Source: an uncultured Clostridia bacterium
Lineage (GTDB): Bacteria > Bacillota > Clostridia > Christensenellales > UBA1242
Length of the DNA stretch: 64,000 nt
Assembly (NCBI GenBank): GCA_947627545.1
Contig: CANQWK010000001.1
Span: 15,473 to 79,472 of the forward strand
Direction: 5' to 3'
Shown: piece by piece, positions 47,411 to 57,145 of the stretch
Numbering within the stretch: position 1 is the stretch's first letter
Layout of the letters: every line of letters begins with the position of its first letter
The notes under the pieces: model-generated
Told to the model about the DNA's origin: nothing
Database searches by the model: none
What the model saw: only the letters and a program-made list of their open reading frames with translations
Translations under genes and position numbers: made by a program

Positions 47411-48514
47411 TTAAATAAAATTTAGTGCGTAACCCAAAATTAAACTTGGAATTGACATCATTAACAAAATGAATATGTTTTCTTTAACATTTTTGTTTTG
47501 TTTTAAAAGAATAATTACGCCTAACCCAGCATTTACGCAAAGCCCTGCCACAAGCGAGCCAAAGGACAATCCACCCATTATAAATAACTCGGTTAGCACC
47601 ACGCTTGACGCACAATTAGGAATAAAGCCAATTATAATTGCTAAAACCGGCTGAAAATATAAACTTTTAGTTAAAAATTTTGTAAGTGCGTCTTCCCCTA
47701 TCCAATGCACAAAAAAGCCAAATATTAGGTTAATAACAAGCACAAAAACAGAAATTTTTAAGCAATGCAAAAGTGGGTGTAGCCAATCGAAAGATTTTGT
47801 ATCTACATTATGATGACAACAACCGCCGTGCGACGAAATTGTTTCTACTTTTTCATTATGTTCGCCGTTATTATACCCATCATGAATATGCTCGATGTGA
47901 TTATGCTCATTATGACTATGTTCATCGTGATTATTCTCGTTATGATTAATTTCAATATAGCTATTTTCGTTGTGATTATTTTCGCCATGGTTATGTCCAC
48001 TATGCACTTCTTCAGTTAAAACTATTTTATTTTCGTTTTTTAGTTTTGCATCATCTTTGTGTGTTGTGTTGACATTTTCATTTGCTTTTAATTTATATAA
48101 ATTATCTTTTTTAAAACACAATTTATAAAGCCATATAGATAGATAGCCCACAACAATTGCAAACAAAATTTTTATTGCTATTAACAGCAACAACCATTTA
48201 GCACTTTTTAAATTAGCAACCATTAGCGGAAAAGCCTCATCACTTGTGGCAATAAACACCGAAATTAATGCACCAATTGAAATTGCTTTTTTTGTATATA
48301 GGTCGGCAGAGACAACCGAAAATCCGCACTGTGGCACGCAGCCCACAAGTGATGCAAAAAGTGGACTATATTTTCCTTTTAAAAATTTGTTGTTTTGAAA
48401 TTTATTTGCAAATTTAAATTCAAGCAGTTCAATTAAATAATACACAATAAAAAGAAAAGGCAAAATTTTTGCCGTATCTAACAACGCATCTAAAACTACC
48501 TGCCAAATTTCCAT
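47411..48514 (-). CDS. Polytopic membrane protein resembling the putative 10-TM heavy-metal exporter family, with a His-rich central loop
   Basis: The N-terminus MEIWQVVLDALLDTAKILPFLFIVYYLIELLE and paired 5-TM halves resemble the ArsP_2-type family (recalled, not searched). The central loop is HSGHNHGENNHNEN...HNENNHDEHSHNEHNHIEHIHDG...GGCCHH. Confidence 0.6.
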   Translation of the reverse strand: MEIWQVVLDALLDTAKILPFLFIVYYLIELLEFKFANKFQNNKFLKGKYSPLFASLVGCVPQCGFSVVSADLYTKKAISIGALISVFIATSDEAFPLMVANLKSAKWLLLLIAIKILFAIVVGYLSIWLYKLCFKKDNLYKLKANENVNTTHKDDAKLKNENKIVLTEEVHSGHNHGENNHNENSYIEINHNENNHDEHSHNEHNHIEHIHDGYNNGEHNEKVETISSHGGCCHHNVDTKSFDWLHPLLHCLKISVFVLVINLIFGFFVHWIGEDALTKFLTKSLYFQPVLAIIIGFIPNCASSVVLTELFIMGGLSFGSLVAGLCVNAGLGVIILLKQNKNVKENIFILLMMSIPSLILGYALNFI

Positions 48515-48813
48515 AGAATAAAACCAAACCTTTTCATTTTAATAATGTTTTGCTTAAATTTGAAACAAAATTAATTTGCTAATTTGCAATAAAACAAACA
48601 CGAAGTTTATTAATGTATTTATTTAGCCTTTTATAAAGCCACATTGATAAAATAAGCTAAACACAACAACTAAAATAATAAACAAAATAATAAATTTAAT
48701 CCATTTCATTTATATATTTTAGCAAATTTAAAACAAAAAAACAATAGTTTAAAATAAATTTATTATATTATTACATTTATTATTTAATTTAATTTTTAAA
48801 AACTGCAAAAAAA

Positions 48814-49320
48814 TTAAATAAATCTACAACAAAAACAAGCAATTATTGCACAAGCAACATTACAAATTAGGGCAATAGGAATAGTTAGCAAGGTCTTTTT
48901 TACATGTGTGCAGGAAAAATATATGCTGCTAACATAAAAAATTGTGTCGCTACTGCCCATAATTACGCTAGCACATTTGCCTATATAACTATCTACCCCA
49001 TATTTAGAAAAAATATCTCGCAACAACACATACGCTGCGTTGGAACTAAACGGCCTAATTAATGTTAATTCACAAATTTCTGGCGGAATGCCTAAAAATC
49101 GAAAAACAGGTGCTAAAAAATTGCACAAATATCCACTTAATCCGCTATGCCTAAACAATTCAACCGCAACAAACATAGCAATAATAAAAGGCATTAAACT
49201 TGCCATAAGTGGCAAGGCTCCTTTTGCCCCATTTACAAAGGCGGTGTAGGCGTCCACCCCTTTAATTAAGGCGTAAATTAATATAAAAGCAATTAAAATT
49301 GGAATAAACAAATCAGCCAT
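48814..49320 (-). CDS. spmB: Spore maturation protein B-like (nucleoside-recognition/Gate domain)
   Basis: 168-aa membrane protein overlapping spmA by 8 nt, which is the typical spmA-spmB pair arrangement. Confidence 0.7.
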   Translation of the reverse strand: MADLFIPILIAFILIYALIKGVDAYTAFVNGAKGALPLMASLMPFIIAMFVAVELFRHSGLSGYLCNFLAPVFRFLGIPPEICELTLIRPFSSNAAYVLLRDIFSKYGVDSYIGKCASVIMGSSDTIFYVSSIYFSCTHVKKTLLTIPIALICNVACAIIACFCCRFI

Positions 49321-49879
49321 TTTGTTTTTTCCTTTTATAAATTAACGCCACAAGCAACACGCCTAAAATTGTTGGAATAAAAGTTGAAACAATGGTTGGC
49401 CAAAGCACACAACTAGGACTTACACTTCCTGCCATTGCTCGCATGCCAATTACCGTTGTTGGCAAAAGTTGAATGCCTGTTGAATTTATAACCACAAGCA
49501 TAATCATTGCCCTAGTTGCACGCTTGTCCCCTTTATCTAGCCCTCGCATTGCCTTAATGCCATAAGGAGTTGCTGCACTGCCTATTCCAATTATGTTAGA
49601 AGCAATGTTTAAACAAATGTTTTTTTCTGTTTCGGCGTCTGTTTTGCCAAAAATATATTGAACCGGACGGCTTAAAATTTTAGAAAGTTTATGGCTAAGT
49701 TTGCAATCGTCCATAACTTGCATAATACCCATCCACACCGCATAAATTCCAATAAATTCTATGCACATTGTAATGCCCATTTGTGCCGCTTGCATCATTG
49801 TGCCAATTACACTAGACGGAGCAACCACACATAGCATAATAAGGCTGGAAATTATCATAATAATCCAAATTTTGCTCAT
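49313..49879 (-). CDS. spmA: Spore maturation protein A-like (nucleoside-recognition/Gate domain)
   Basis: Start refined to ATG 49879 (MSKIWII...). GSAATPYGIKAM and LLPTTVIGMR match the B. subtilis SpmA GNAATPLGIKAM and LIPTTVIAVR motifs as recalled. Confidence 0.8.
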   Translation of the reverse strand: MSKIWIIMIISSLIMLCVVAPSSVIGTMMQAAQMGITMCIEFIGIYAVWMGIMQVMDDCKLSHKLSKILSRPVQYIFGKTDAETEKNICLNIASNIIGIGSAATPYGIKAMRGLDKGDKRATRAMIMLVVINSTGIQLLPTTVIGMRAMAGSVSPSCVLWPTIVSTFIPTILGVLLVALIYKRKKQNG

Positions 49880-49927
49880 ATATAAACTTATGTTAGCCAA
49901 GCTTTATATATGATTTTTAAATAAAAA

Positions 49928-49948
49928 TTAGAGTTATTTAAACTCTAA
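49928..49948 (-). terminator. Terminator downstream of the Spo0A_C-like gene
   Basis: TTAGAGTT-attta-AACTCTAA. On the minus strand it is followed by TTTTTATTT. Confidence 0.6.
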
Positions 49949-49988
49949 TAAAATAAATAAACAATTGTAATTTTACTTAATAACTTTA

Positions 49989-50357
49989 TTACATTAAACT
50001 ATCTATTATATAGTTTTTAATCATGTATATAAGTTCCTGGCAAGTTGGCTTTTCCCGTTCTCCGCTCCAATATTTGCCAAGTTTATCTTTTAGTGTTTTA
50101 CACCAAAACGTGTTAATAACATTCCTTATATCTCGCTCTATTGTACATTCTTTTTTGCAATACTTTTCTGCCAAAATTGGATAAATCTGTTTAGAAAATG
50201 AACGAACAACCAAGCCTTGATTAATTAAAAGTTCCATAATCTCCGCTAAATAATAAAAACCAATAAAATTTATTGTAATGCCTAACTCTCTAATTTTTCT
50301 GTTAAAATAATAATGTTGTTTTAAATAAATGCTATATTTCTCCGCTTTTAACCCCAT
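49989..50357 (-). CDS. Stand-alone Spo0A C-terminal (DNA-binding) domain protein
   Basis: Start refined to ATG 50357 (MGLKAEKY), with GGAG 8 nt upstream. GFYYLAEIMELL...IYPILAEKY..TIERDIRNVINTFW...KPTCQELI follows the Spo0A_C pattern. No receiver domain is present. Confidence 0.8.
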   Translation of the reverse strand: MGLKAEKYSIYLKQHYYFNRKIRELGITINFIGFYYLAEIMELLINQGLVVRSFSKQIYPILAEKYCKKECTIERDIRNVINTFWCKTLKDKLGKYWSGEREKPTCQELIYMIKNYIIDSLM

Positions 50358-50379
50358 AAAAAACGCTCCATCTCTTAAT

Positions 50380-50408
50380 AATATAGCACTCATAAAAACA
50401 GAAGTCAA
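50380..50408 (-). promoter_or_regulatory. Promoter of the Spo0A_C-like gene
   Basis: On the minus strand: TTGACT (50408-03), 17-nt spacer, TATATT (50385-80). Confidence 0.55.
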
Positions 50409-50410
50409 GT

Positions 50411-50455
50411 ATTTTGTACAAAAATGTTTTATTTTGTACAAAAATGTTTTATTTT
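50411..50455. repeat. Perfect 20-bp tandem duplication directly upstream of the -35 box
   Basis: ATTTTGTACAAAAATGTTTT occurs twice (50411-30, 50431-50), followed by a partial ATTTT. Each unit contains the palindrome TTGTACAA. Confidence 0.85.
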
Positions 50456-50495
50456 AAAATTTTAGCAATAAAAAATGTCTAAAACATAAGAAAAA

Positions 50496-50524
50496 GGCAG
50501 AGAAATTTTAATGAATTCTCTGCC
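50496..50524. terminator. Terminator downstream of tex
   Basis: GGCAGAGAA (50496-504) pairs with TTCTCTGCC (50516-24). The stem is flanked by A5 and T4. Confidence 0.75.
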
Positions 50525-50586
50525 TTTTATTGTTTTAAATATACCTATTTTTCAATTTAATTTATTAATGAATTTCAAAAATAGTA

Positions 50587-52740
50587 TTATTCAATGCCTT
50601 TCATGGTTAGCGAAATTCGTTTTTTGGCTAAATCTACCGACAAAATTTTAACTTTAACTTTTTCGCCAACTTTTAACACATCGCTTGGATGCGAAATAAA
50701 GCTATCGCTAATTTGTGAAATATGCACTAATCCGTCTTGATGCACGCCAATATCTACAAATGCACCAAAGTCTATAACGTTTCTAACTGTTCCATCTAGC
50801 ACCATATCTGGTTTTAAATCTTCCATAGAAAGAATGTCGCTTCTAAGTTCTGGCAATGGCATATCTTCACGCACATCTCTGCCTGGTTTTAAAAGTTCTT
50901 TAACAATATCTTGAAGGGTTGGCACGCCCACTCCAATTGCATCGGCAACTTTGGTTTCGCCTTTCTTTTCAATTAAAGTTGGAAGCATGTTCAACTCGCC
51001 TGCCCTAATTTGTTCATCGGTTAAATTAAATAAATCTAACAATTTTTTAACGGCTGGGTAACTTTCTGGGTGAACAGCGGTGTTATCTAAAATGTTTGCA
51101 CCATCAGTTATACGCAAGAAACCGGCACATTGTTCGTAGGCTTTTGGACCCATTTTTTTAACATTTAAAAGTTCTTCCCTGTTTTTTATATGTTTAACTT
51201 GGCTGCGATAATCCACAATGTTTTCGGCAAGGCTACCTGAAATGCCAGATACAAACGAAAGCAAACTAACCGAGGCAGTGTTAAGGTCAACACCAACGCT
51301 GTTAACACAATCTTCTACTGTGTTGTTAAGCACTTCGGTTAAGCGATTTTGTGGCATATCGTGTTGATATTGCCCCACGCCAATTGATTTAACATCAATT
51401 TTAATAAGTTCAGCAAGCGGGTCTTGCAATCTGCGTGCAATTGAAACCGCACTTCGCAAATTTACATCATAGTCTGGGAACTCTTTTGCTGCCAATTTTG
51501 ACGCACTATATACCGATGCTCCTGCCTCGTTAACCATTGCATAACTAACTTTGCGAGGGCAAGTTTTAATAAGTTCCGCCACCATAATTTCACTTTCTTT
51601 GCTGGCTGTTCCGTTGCCAATTGCTATTACGTCAACTTTGTTTTTTACAATCATATCTAGCAAAATTTCCTTTGCCTCTTCCAACCTATTTTGTGGTGGA
51701 AATGGATGAATAACTGAAGTATCTAGCACGTCGCCTTTTGTGTCTATAACTGCAATTTTACAGCCGTTGTAATAACCTGGGTCAACCGCCAAAATTATAT
51801 TGTTTTTAAGCGGTGCCTGAAGCAAAAGTGGCTTTAAATTAACTTCAAACATTTTTATTGCCTGCTCGTTTGCTCGGTCGGTTAATGCGGTGCGACACTC
51901 ACGCTCTAAAGATGGGAACAACAATCTATCATAACTATCTGCAATAACATCTGCCATAATGTCGTTGGTAAATTGATTGTCCTTTTTATATTCCTTTTCA
52001 ATTTCGGTAACTGTAAGTTTTGGATTAATTTCTATATCAACTTTAAGGCATTTTTCTTTTTCGCCTCGGTTTAATGCTAAAATGCGGTGGCTAGGTATCT
52101 TCGCTACTTCTCCTTTAAAGTCCTTATAATTTTCGTATGTTTTTTGTTCGTCGGCAGTTTCGTCCCAAGTTGCCAAAATATTTGCCTTTTTAGCAATAAT
52201 TTCACGCAAGGTTTTACGCAAATTTGCATCATCGCTTATGCGTTCGGCTATAATGTCCTTTGCACCTGCAATGGCTTCGGCAACATCTTTAACGCCCTTT
52301 TCTTCGTTTATGTATTCCTTTGCAAATTCTTCAACTGGCTTGGTTAAATCTTGCGCTTGAATTATGTTTGCAAGTGGCTCTAACCCCTTTGCAATTGCCA
52401 CTGTTGCACGAGTTTTGCGTTTTGGTTTGTATGGCCTGTAAATATCTTCCACTTCGGTTAAAGTAAGGGCATTTTCAAGTGCAGTAGCAATTTCATCTGT
52501 CCACTTTTCTTGCTCACGAATAACCTTTTCTACTTTCTCTTTTTCTTTGTTAAGGTTGCGCAAATAGTTAAGCCTATCGGCAAAATCCCTTAGCACTTGG
52601 TCATCACACGCGCCATGCATTTCCTTTCTATATCTGGCAATGAATGGTATGGTGTTGCCTTCGTCTATAAGATTAATAATGTTTTCGGCATATTGTTCTT
52701 TTAAATTAAATTCGTACGCCAATTGTTTTGATAATTCCAT
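50587..52740 (-). CDS. tex: Tex-like transcription accessory protein (S1 domain)
   Basis: 717 aa with IPFIARYRKE and YRPYKPKRKTRA N-terminal motifs, a YqgF/HhH core and a C-terminal S1 domain (GTVRNVIDFGAFVDIG...GLVHISQ). Confidence 0.93.
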   Translation of the reverse strand: MELSKQLAYEFNLKEQYAENIINLIDEGNTIPFIARYRKEMHGACDDQVLRDFADRLNYLRNLNKEKEKVEKVIREQEKWTDEIATALENALTLTEVEDIYRPYKPKRKTRATVAIAKGLEPLANIIQAQDLTKPVEEFAKEYINEEKGVKDVAEAIAGAKDIIAERISDDANLRKTLREIIAKKANILATWDETADEQKTYENYKDFKGEVAKIPSHRILALNRGEKEKCLKVDIEINPKLTVTEIEKEYKKDNQFTNDIMADVIADSYDRLLFPSLERECRTALTDRANEQAIKMFEVNLKPLLLQAPLKNNIILAVDPGYYNGCKIAVIDTKGDVLDTSVIHPFPPQNRLEEAKEILLDMIVKNKVDVIAIGNGTASKESEIMVAELIKTCPRKVSYAMVNEAGASVYSASKLAAKEFPDYDVNLRSAVSIARRLQDPLAELIKIDVKSIGVGQYQHDMPQNRLTEVLNNTVEDCVNSVGVDLNTASVSLLSFVSGISGSLAENIVDYRSQVKHIKNREELLNVKKMGPKAYEQCAGFLRITDGANILDNTAVHPESYPAVKKLLDLFNLTDEQIRAGELNMLPTLIEKKGETKVADAIGVGVPTLQDIVKELLKPGRDVREDMPLPELRSDILSMEDLKPDMVLDGTVRNVIDFGAFVDIGVHQDGLVHISQISDSFISHPSDVLKVGEKVKVKILSVDLAKKRISLTMKGIE

Positions 52741-53045
52741 AATTTTTCCTTTTAAGTTTAATTTTACAACAATTTGTTTTTTTCAAACTTAAAGATTATA
52801 ACAAATTAAAAAAAATTTTACAAACAAAATAGCCCACAAACAAGCAAAAATTAAACATTAACCTAACGCAAAATTTACATTGACATAATTGAACAAATAT
52901 GATATTATATTTAATATAATTTAAATTATAATTAAAACTAATTAAAATTTTGAAATTTAAATTTAAAAATTAAAAGTACATTAAATAACTTTTTAAATTT
53001 TATTAATTAAACTAAATTTTGAAATTAAAACATTAAGGAGAAGTT

Positions 53046-53462
53046 ATGATAACCGAACGAGTTTATATGTCCATTAGAAAAATGCGCATTGACAATGATG
53101 TTGATGCAATTTTTAATAAAACAATAATAAATCGCATGTTAAAATCTAAAATTTGCGTTGATGGAGAGAAAAAAGTTGTTAGTTACAAAACAATTGGAGA
53201 AATTATTGATAGCATTATTGACGGCAGTTTTTTTAACAACATAAGTTTATCTAAAAGGCTAAAACAAGAAATATTGGATTATTTAAAAGATGTGGGCGTA
53301 ATAGAGTATCTTGAAAACACTTCAAAGAGATATAATAAAACAATGGCAGCCCAGGCCGAACAAAAAGACGCAAAAGAAAAGCACAAGGAATTAAAGAAAC
53401 AAAAAACAAAACGCACAAAGGTTAAGCAATTTAGCAATTCTCAAAACAATTTGCAACAATAA
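53046..53462 (+). CDS. Hypothetical protein with a lysine-rich C-terminal tail (138 aa)
   Basis: AAGGAG Shine-Dalgarno. No assignable domain. Tail reads KDAKEKHKELKKQKTKRTKVK. Confidence 0.55.
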   Translation: MITERVYMSIRKMRIDNDVDAIFNKTIINRMLKSKICVDGEKKVVSYKTIGEIIDSIIDGSFFNNISLSKRLKQEILDYLKDVGVIEYLENTSKRYNKTMAAQAEQKDAKEKHKELKKQKTKRTKVKQFSNSQNNLQQ

Positions 53463-53490
53463 AAAACGCCGCATAATGCGGAGTTTTTTT
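53461..53490. terminator. Bidirectional terminator between convergent genes
   Basis: A6-CGCCGC-ataat-GCGGAG-T7. Confidence 0.7.
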
Positions 53491-53494
53491 ATTA

Positions 53495-56400
53495 TTATTT
53501 TTTATCTTTTTCTTTTTGTTTATTTATATAAGTGTTGCGGCGGTTTTTTGCATCTTGTTCGCTTAATGTTAAGAGTTTTTCTTTATTTTGCTTGTTCACT
53601 TTTTCAAGAATGGCAAAGCGGTTTTCAGTTTCAACATATTCATTATAATTTAAATTTGGCTCAAAACTATCAATTTGCATTGGAGTTTCTTTTTCTGGAT
53701 TATATCTAAACAAAGTGTTGTAACCGCTTTTAACTGAATTTAATGCGTGTTGATTTGAATAACGCAAATTGTAGCCATGGCTTATGCAAGGAGAATATGC
53801 AATTATAACGCTTGGTCCATTGTAGTTTTCCGCTTCAACAAATGCTTTAACACATTGTTCTGGGTTTGCACCTAAACTAACAGTTGCAACATAAACATCT
53901 TTGTATGTCATAAGCATAGAAGCTAAATCTTTTTTCTTTGTTGTTTTGCCTGTTAAATTGAATTTTGCAGTTGCACCACGTGGAGTTGATTTGCTTGTTT
54001 GACCACCGGTGTTGGAATAAACTTCGGTGTCTAACACCAAAATGTTTACGTTTTCACCAGATGCAACTACATGGTCTAGCCCACCAAAGCCGATGTCATA
54101 AGCCCAGCCATCTCCGCCTATAATCCAGATGCTTGGTTTTGTTATTAAATTTAAATTATCAAATAAAAATTCCTCTTCTGGCAAAATTTTGTTTTTCAAT
54201 TTATAGTTTTGTAAATCTAAAATTAATTGTTTGTTTAGTGCGTTATCTTCAATTCCATTTTTTTCATTTTTTATAAAAATAGATAGAATTTTTTGCAATT
54301 TTAGTGAAAATTTGGTGTTTTTTAGCCTTTCTATAAAAATTTTTCGTAAATTTTTCTTTGCAAGGGCAATTCCAAAACCGAACTCAGCATTATCTTCAAA
54401 CAAACTATTTGCCCAACTTGGACCAAATCCATCTTTATCTTGTGCATAAGGGCAGGTAGGATATGTTCCACCATAAATTGACGAACAACCGGTAGCATTT
54501 GCAATTAACATTCTATCTCCAAAAAGTTGAGTGGCTAGTTTGATATATGGCGTTTCTCCACAACCAGCACACGCTCCACTGAACTCAAAATATGGTTTTT
54601 TAAATTGCACTCCCTTAACATTATTTGTTGTTTCTAGGTTAATGTGTTTTATAGTTTCGCCAAACGCTTTATTTTCAATTTCGCGCTGCCTAATTTCTTC
54701 TGCCTGTTGTATAATTATTGCTTTAACAGGACAAACTTCGCTACACACTCCGCAACCGGTACAATTTAATGGGTCAATTTGAATGTGATAATTACCTTCC
54801 ATTCCAAACGCTTTTTTATATGCATATGTTGAAGGGACTTTTTGATTTTCATCAAACAACACAGGGCGAATGGCAGCATGCGGACACATTAACGTACATC
54901 TGCCACATTGAATACATTTTTCACTTATCCAATTAGGCAATTCGGTGGCAATGCCACGCTTTTCAAAATGCGAAGTGTTGGTTGGCATTTGCCCATTTGC
55001 GTTAAATTTGCTAACCGGAATGTTGTTGCCGTTTTGTTCACTTGTTGGCACAATAATTTGTTTGTAAAATTCATTTGTATTATTTGCCAAAACAGGGCTT
55101 GGCTTTTGAGTTAATTTTTTAATATCTAATTTTTTAACTGCTTTAGCAACATTTTCAACCGCCTTTAAGTTTGCATTTAAAAGAGTTTGCCCTTTTTTTG
55201 AATAACTTTTTTCAATCATCTGCTTTATAGAATTTAGTGCTTCATTAAAAGGAATTAAATTTGTAACATAAAATAAAGCCGTTTGCATAATTGTGTTAAT
55301 TTTGCCGCCCAAATTAAATTTGCTAGCAATTTTATTTGCATCAATTGTATAAAGTGAAATGTGTTTGCTTTGTAAATCAAGTTTCATTTTGTTTGGCATA
55401 ATATCATTTAATTTATCTATTGTTAGGCCGCTATTCAAAAGCATTATTCCGTTTGGTTTTAAGCAATCGGTTATATCATATTTTGAAACAAAACCTATGT
55501 TATTGCACATCATTAAATTTACTTTTGTTGAGTTAAATGGTGCAACTATTGGTTTGTTGCTTGAACGCAAATGAGAAATTGTTAAACTGCCAGATTTTTT
55601 GCTATCGTAATCAAAATAACCTTGCAAAAAATTATTAGTTTTTTCACCTAAAATTTTAATTGTGTTTTTAACCGAACTAACACTTCCATCACTGCCTAAG
55701 CCGTAAACTCGCATGCTAAAATTACTAAAATTATCTTTAAATTTATTTTCAACATTTAGGCTAGTGTGCGTTACATCATCATTTATGCCAATTGTAAAAA
55801 ATTTCTTACCTACTGCCTGCATATTTTCAAACACGCTAATAGCCATATCAGGTGTAAATTCTTTGCCACCTAAACCAAAACAACCTGAAAAACAATTTAT
55901 ATCTAATTTGTTTTTTTGCAAAACTGACATTATTATGCTTGAAAGTGTGTCAATTCCATTAACATCTAAATTTCGCTCTAAAATGCTTAAATTTTTGGTC
56001 GATTTAGGCAAAATTTTTATAAATTGTGCTTCGTCAAAAGGTTTTAATAACCTTATTTTTATAAGCCCCGTTTTTTCATTTTTATTTAAAACAAGTTTAA
56101 CCACATCTGCCGCAGTGCCCATTGCAACAATAACATTTTCAGCGTTAGGGTTTCCATAATACTCTATTGTTTGATAACTGCGAGTAGTAATTTCTTTTTG
56201 CTTTTTTAAGCATGCCTTAAAACCGCTTAAAACTTTACTATATCTATCTAACGATTTAACTCTGTTTTGCATAAACACATCAGGATTTTGATTTGTTCCT
56301 GCACAATATGGATTGGCGTTGCTAACTGCTCTTTTTCTTAATTCTAAATAATCATTTTGCGAAACAATTTTTTTTAAATCTTCCAACTCGGTTACATAAA

Positions 56401-56941
56401 TTGTGTTTAATTCATGGCTTGTTCTAAATCCGTCAAAAAAACAAATAAACGGCGTGCTGGTTTTTAGGCTTGCAAGTTCGCACGCAATGGCAAGGTCATT
56501 AACTTCCTGCACCGATGAACAGCACACAACATTAAAGCCGGTTTTTAAACAAGCATAAACATCGCTATAATCACAAAAAATGTTAAGCGCATGGCTGGAA
56601 ACCGCCCGTGCAGAAACATAAAACACACACGGCAACCCCTCGCCTGCAATTTTATACATGTTAGGAAGCATTAAAAGCAACCCCTGGCTAGACGTGAAAG
56701 TTGTTGTTTTTGCTCCGCCAATTAAACTGCCATGAACAGCACCTGCCACCCCAGCCTCGCTTTGCATTTGAGTTAGCGTTAACGGAGCATTAAAAATGTT
56801 TTTTTTGCCTTCAAAAACAAATTGGTCGCAATCTTCCGCCATTGGGCTAGAAGGTGTTATTGGGTAAATAACTGCACAATCATTTAACATATATGCGATG
56901 TTGGCAGCGGCAAAATTGCCATCAACTGTAAGTTTTTTCAT
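53495..56941 (-). CDS. nifJ: Pyruvate:ferredoxin (flavodoxin) oxidoreductase
   Basis: 1,148 aa with two 4Fe-4S motifs (CIQCGRCTLMCPHAAI, CTGCGVCSEVCP) and the TPP-binding region GGDGWAYDIGFGGLDHV. The single-polypeptide PFOR domain order is preserved. Confidence 0.95.
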   Translation of the reverse strand: MKKLTVDGNFAAANIAYMLNDCAVIYPITPSSPMAEDCDQFVFEGKKNIFNAPLTLTQMQSEAGVAGAVHGSLIGGAKTTTFTSSQGLLLMLPNMYKIAGEGLPCVFYVSARAVSSHALNIFCDYSDVYACLKTGFNVVCCSSVQEVNDLAIACELASLKTSTPFICFFDGFRTSHELNTIYVTELEDLKKIVSQNDYLELRKRAVSNANPYCAGTNQNPDVFMQNRVKSLDRYSKVLSGFKACLKKQKEITTRSYQTIEYYGNPNAENVIVAMGTAADVVKLVLNKNEKTGLIKIRLLKPFDEAQFIKILPKSTKNLSILERNLDVNGIDTLSSIIMSVLQKNKLDINCFSGCFGLGGKEFTPDMAISVFENMQAVGKKFFTIGINDDVTHTSLNVENKFKDNFSNFSMRVYGLGSDGSVSSVKNTIKILGEKTNNFLQGYFDYDSKKSGSLTISHLRSSNKPIVAPFNSTKVNLMMCNNIGFVSKYDITDCLKPNGIMLLNSGLTIDKLNDIMPNKMKLDLQSKHISLYTIDANKIASKFNLGGKINTIMQTALFYVTNLIPFNEALNSIKQMIEKSYSKKGQTLLNANLKAVENVAKAVKKLDIKKLTQKPSPVLANNTNEFYKQIIVPTSEQNGNNIPVSKFNANGQMPTNTSHFEKRGIATELPNWISEKCIQCGRCTLMCPHAAIRPVLFDENQKVPSTYAYKKAFGMEGNYHIQIDPLNCTGCGVCSEVCPVKAIIIQQAEEIRQREIENKAFGETIKHINLETTNNVKGVQFKKPYFEFSGACAGCGETPYIKLATQLFGDRMLIANATGCSSIYGGTYPTCPYAQDKDGFGPSWANSLFEDNAEFGFGIALAKKNLRKIFIERLKNTKFSLKLQKILSIFIKNEKNGIEDNALNKQLILDLQNYKLKNKILPEEEFLFDNLNLITKPSIWIIGGDGWAYDIGFGGLDHVVASGENVNILVLDTEVYSNTGGQTSKSTPRGATAKFNLTGKTTKKKDLASMLMTYKDVYVATVSLGANPEQCVKAFVEAENYNGPSVIIAYSPCISHGYNLRYSNQHALNSVKSGYNTLFRYNPEKETPMQIDSFEPNLNYNEYVETENRFAILEKVNKQNKEKLLTLSEQDAKNRRNTYINKQKEKDKK

Positions 56942-57145
56942 AATTTCTCCTTACAAAATTTTTAACATTTATTTAATAAATTTTATGTGTAAATTTTTTA
57001 ATTAATAATATTTTACAACATTTTGCTAAAATTTCAAAATAAATAATTTAATTTATTTTTTAATAAGTAGTAAATAAAAAAATAATAAAAAAATTTAAAA
57101 AATAGCAAAAAATGTGTGTTTTTTAATGTTTTTTCAATTTTTTAA

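Noticed and set aside
48623-48709. 28-aa hydrophobic mini-ORF on the minus strand (MKWIKFIILFIILVVVFSLFYQCGFIKG) in the spmB / metal-exporter spacer
   Set aside because: It has no Shine-Dalgarno or clear promoter. A/T-only sequence readily encodes Phe/Ile/Leu/Lys strings. It cannot be supported without expression or conservation data.
53476-56159. Multiple plus-strand ORFs of 68-148 aa overlapping the PFOR gene (for example 53476..53709, 54531..54782, 55713..56159)
   Set aside because: They are antisense to a 1,148-aa protein with unmistakable PFOR motifs. They have no start signals and are Phe/Leu/Ser-rich as expected from antisense AT-rich coding sequence. Similar nested ORFs in polA, tex, the ABC genes and others were rejected for the same reason.
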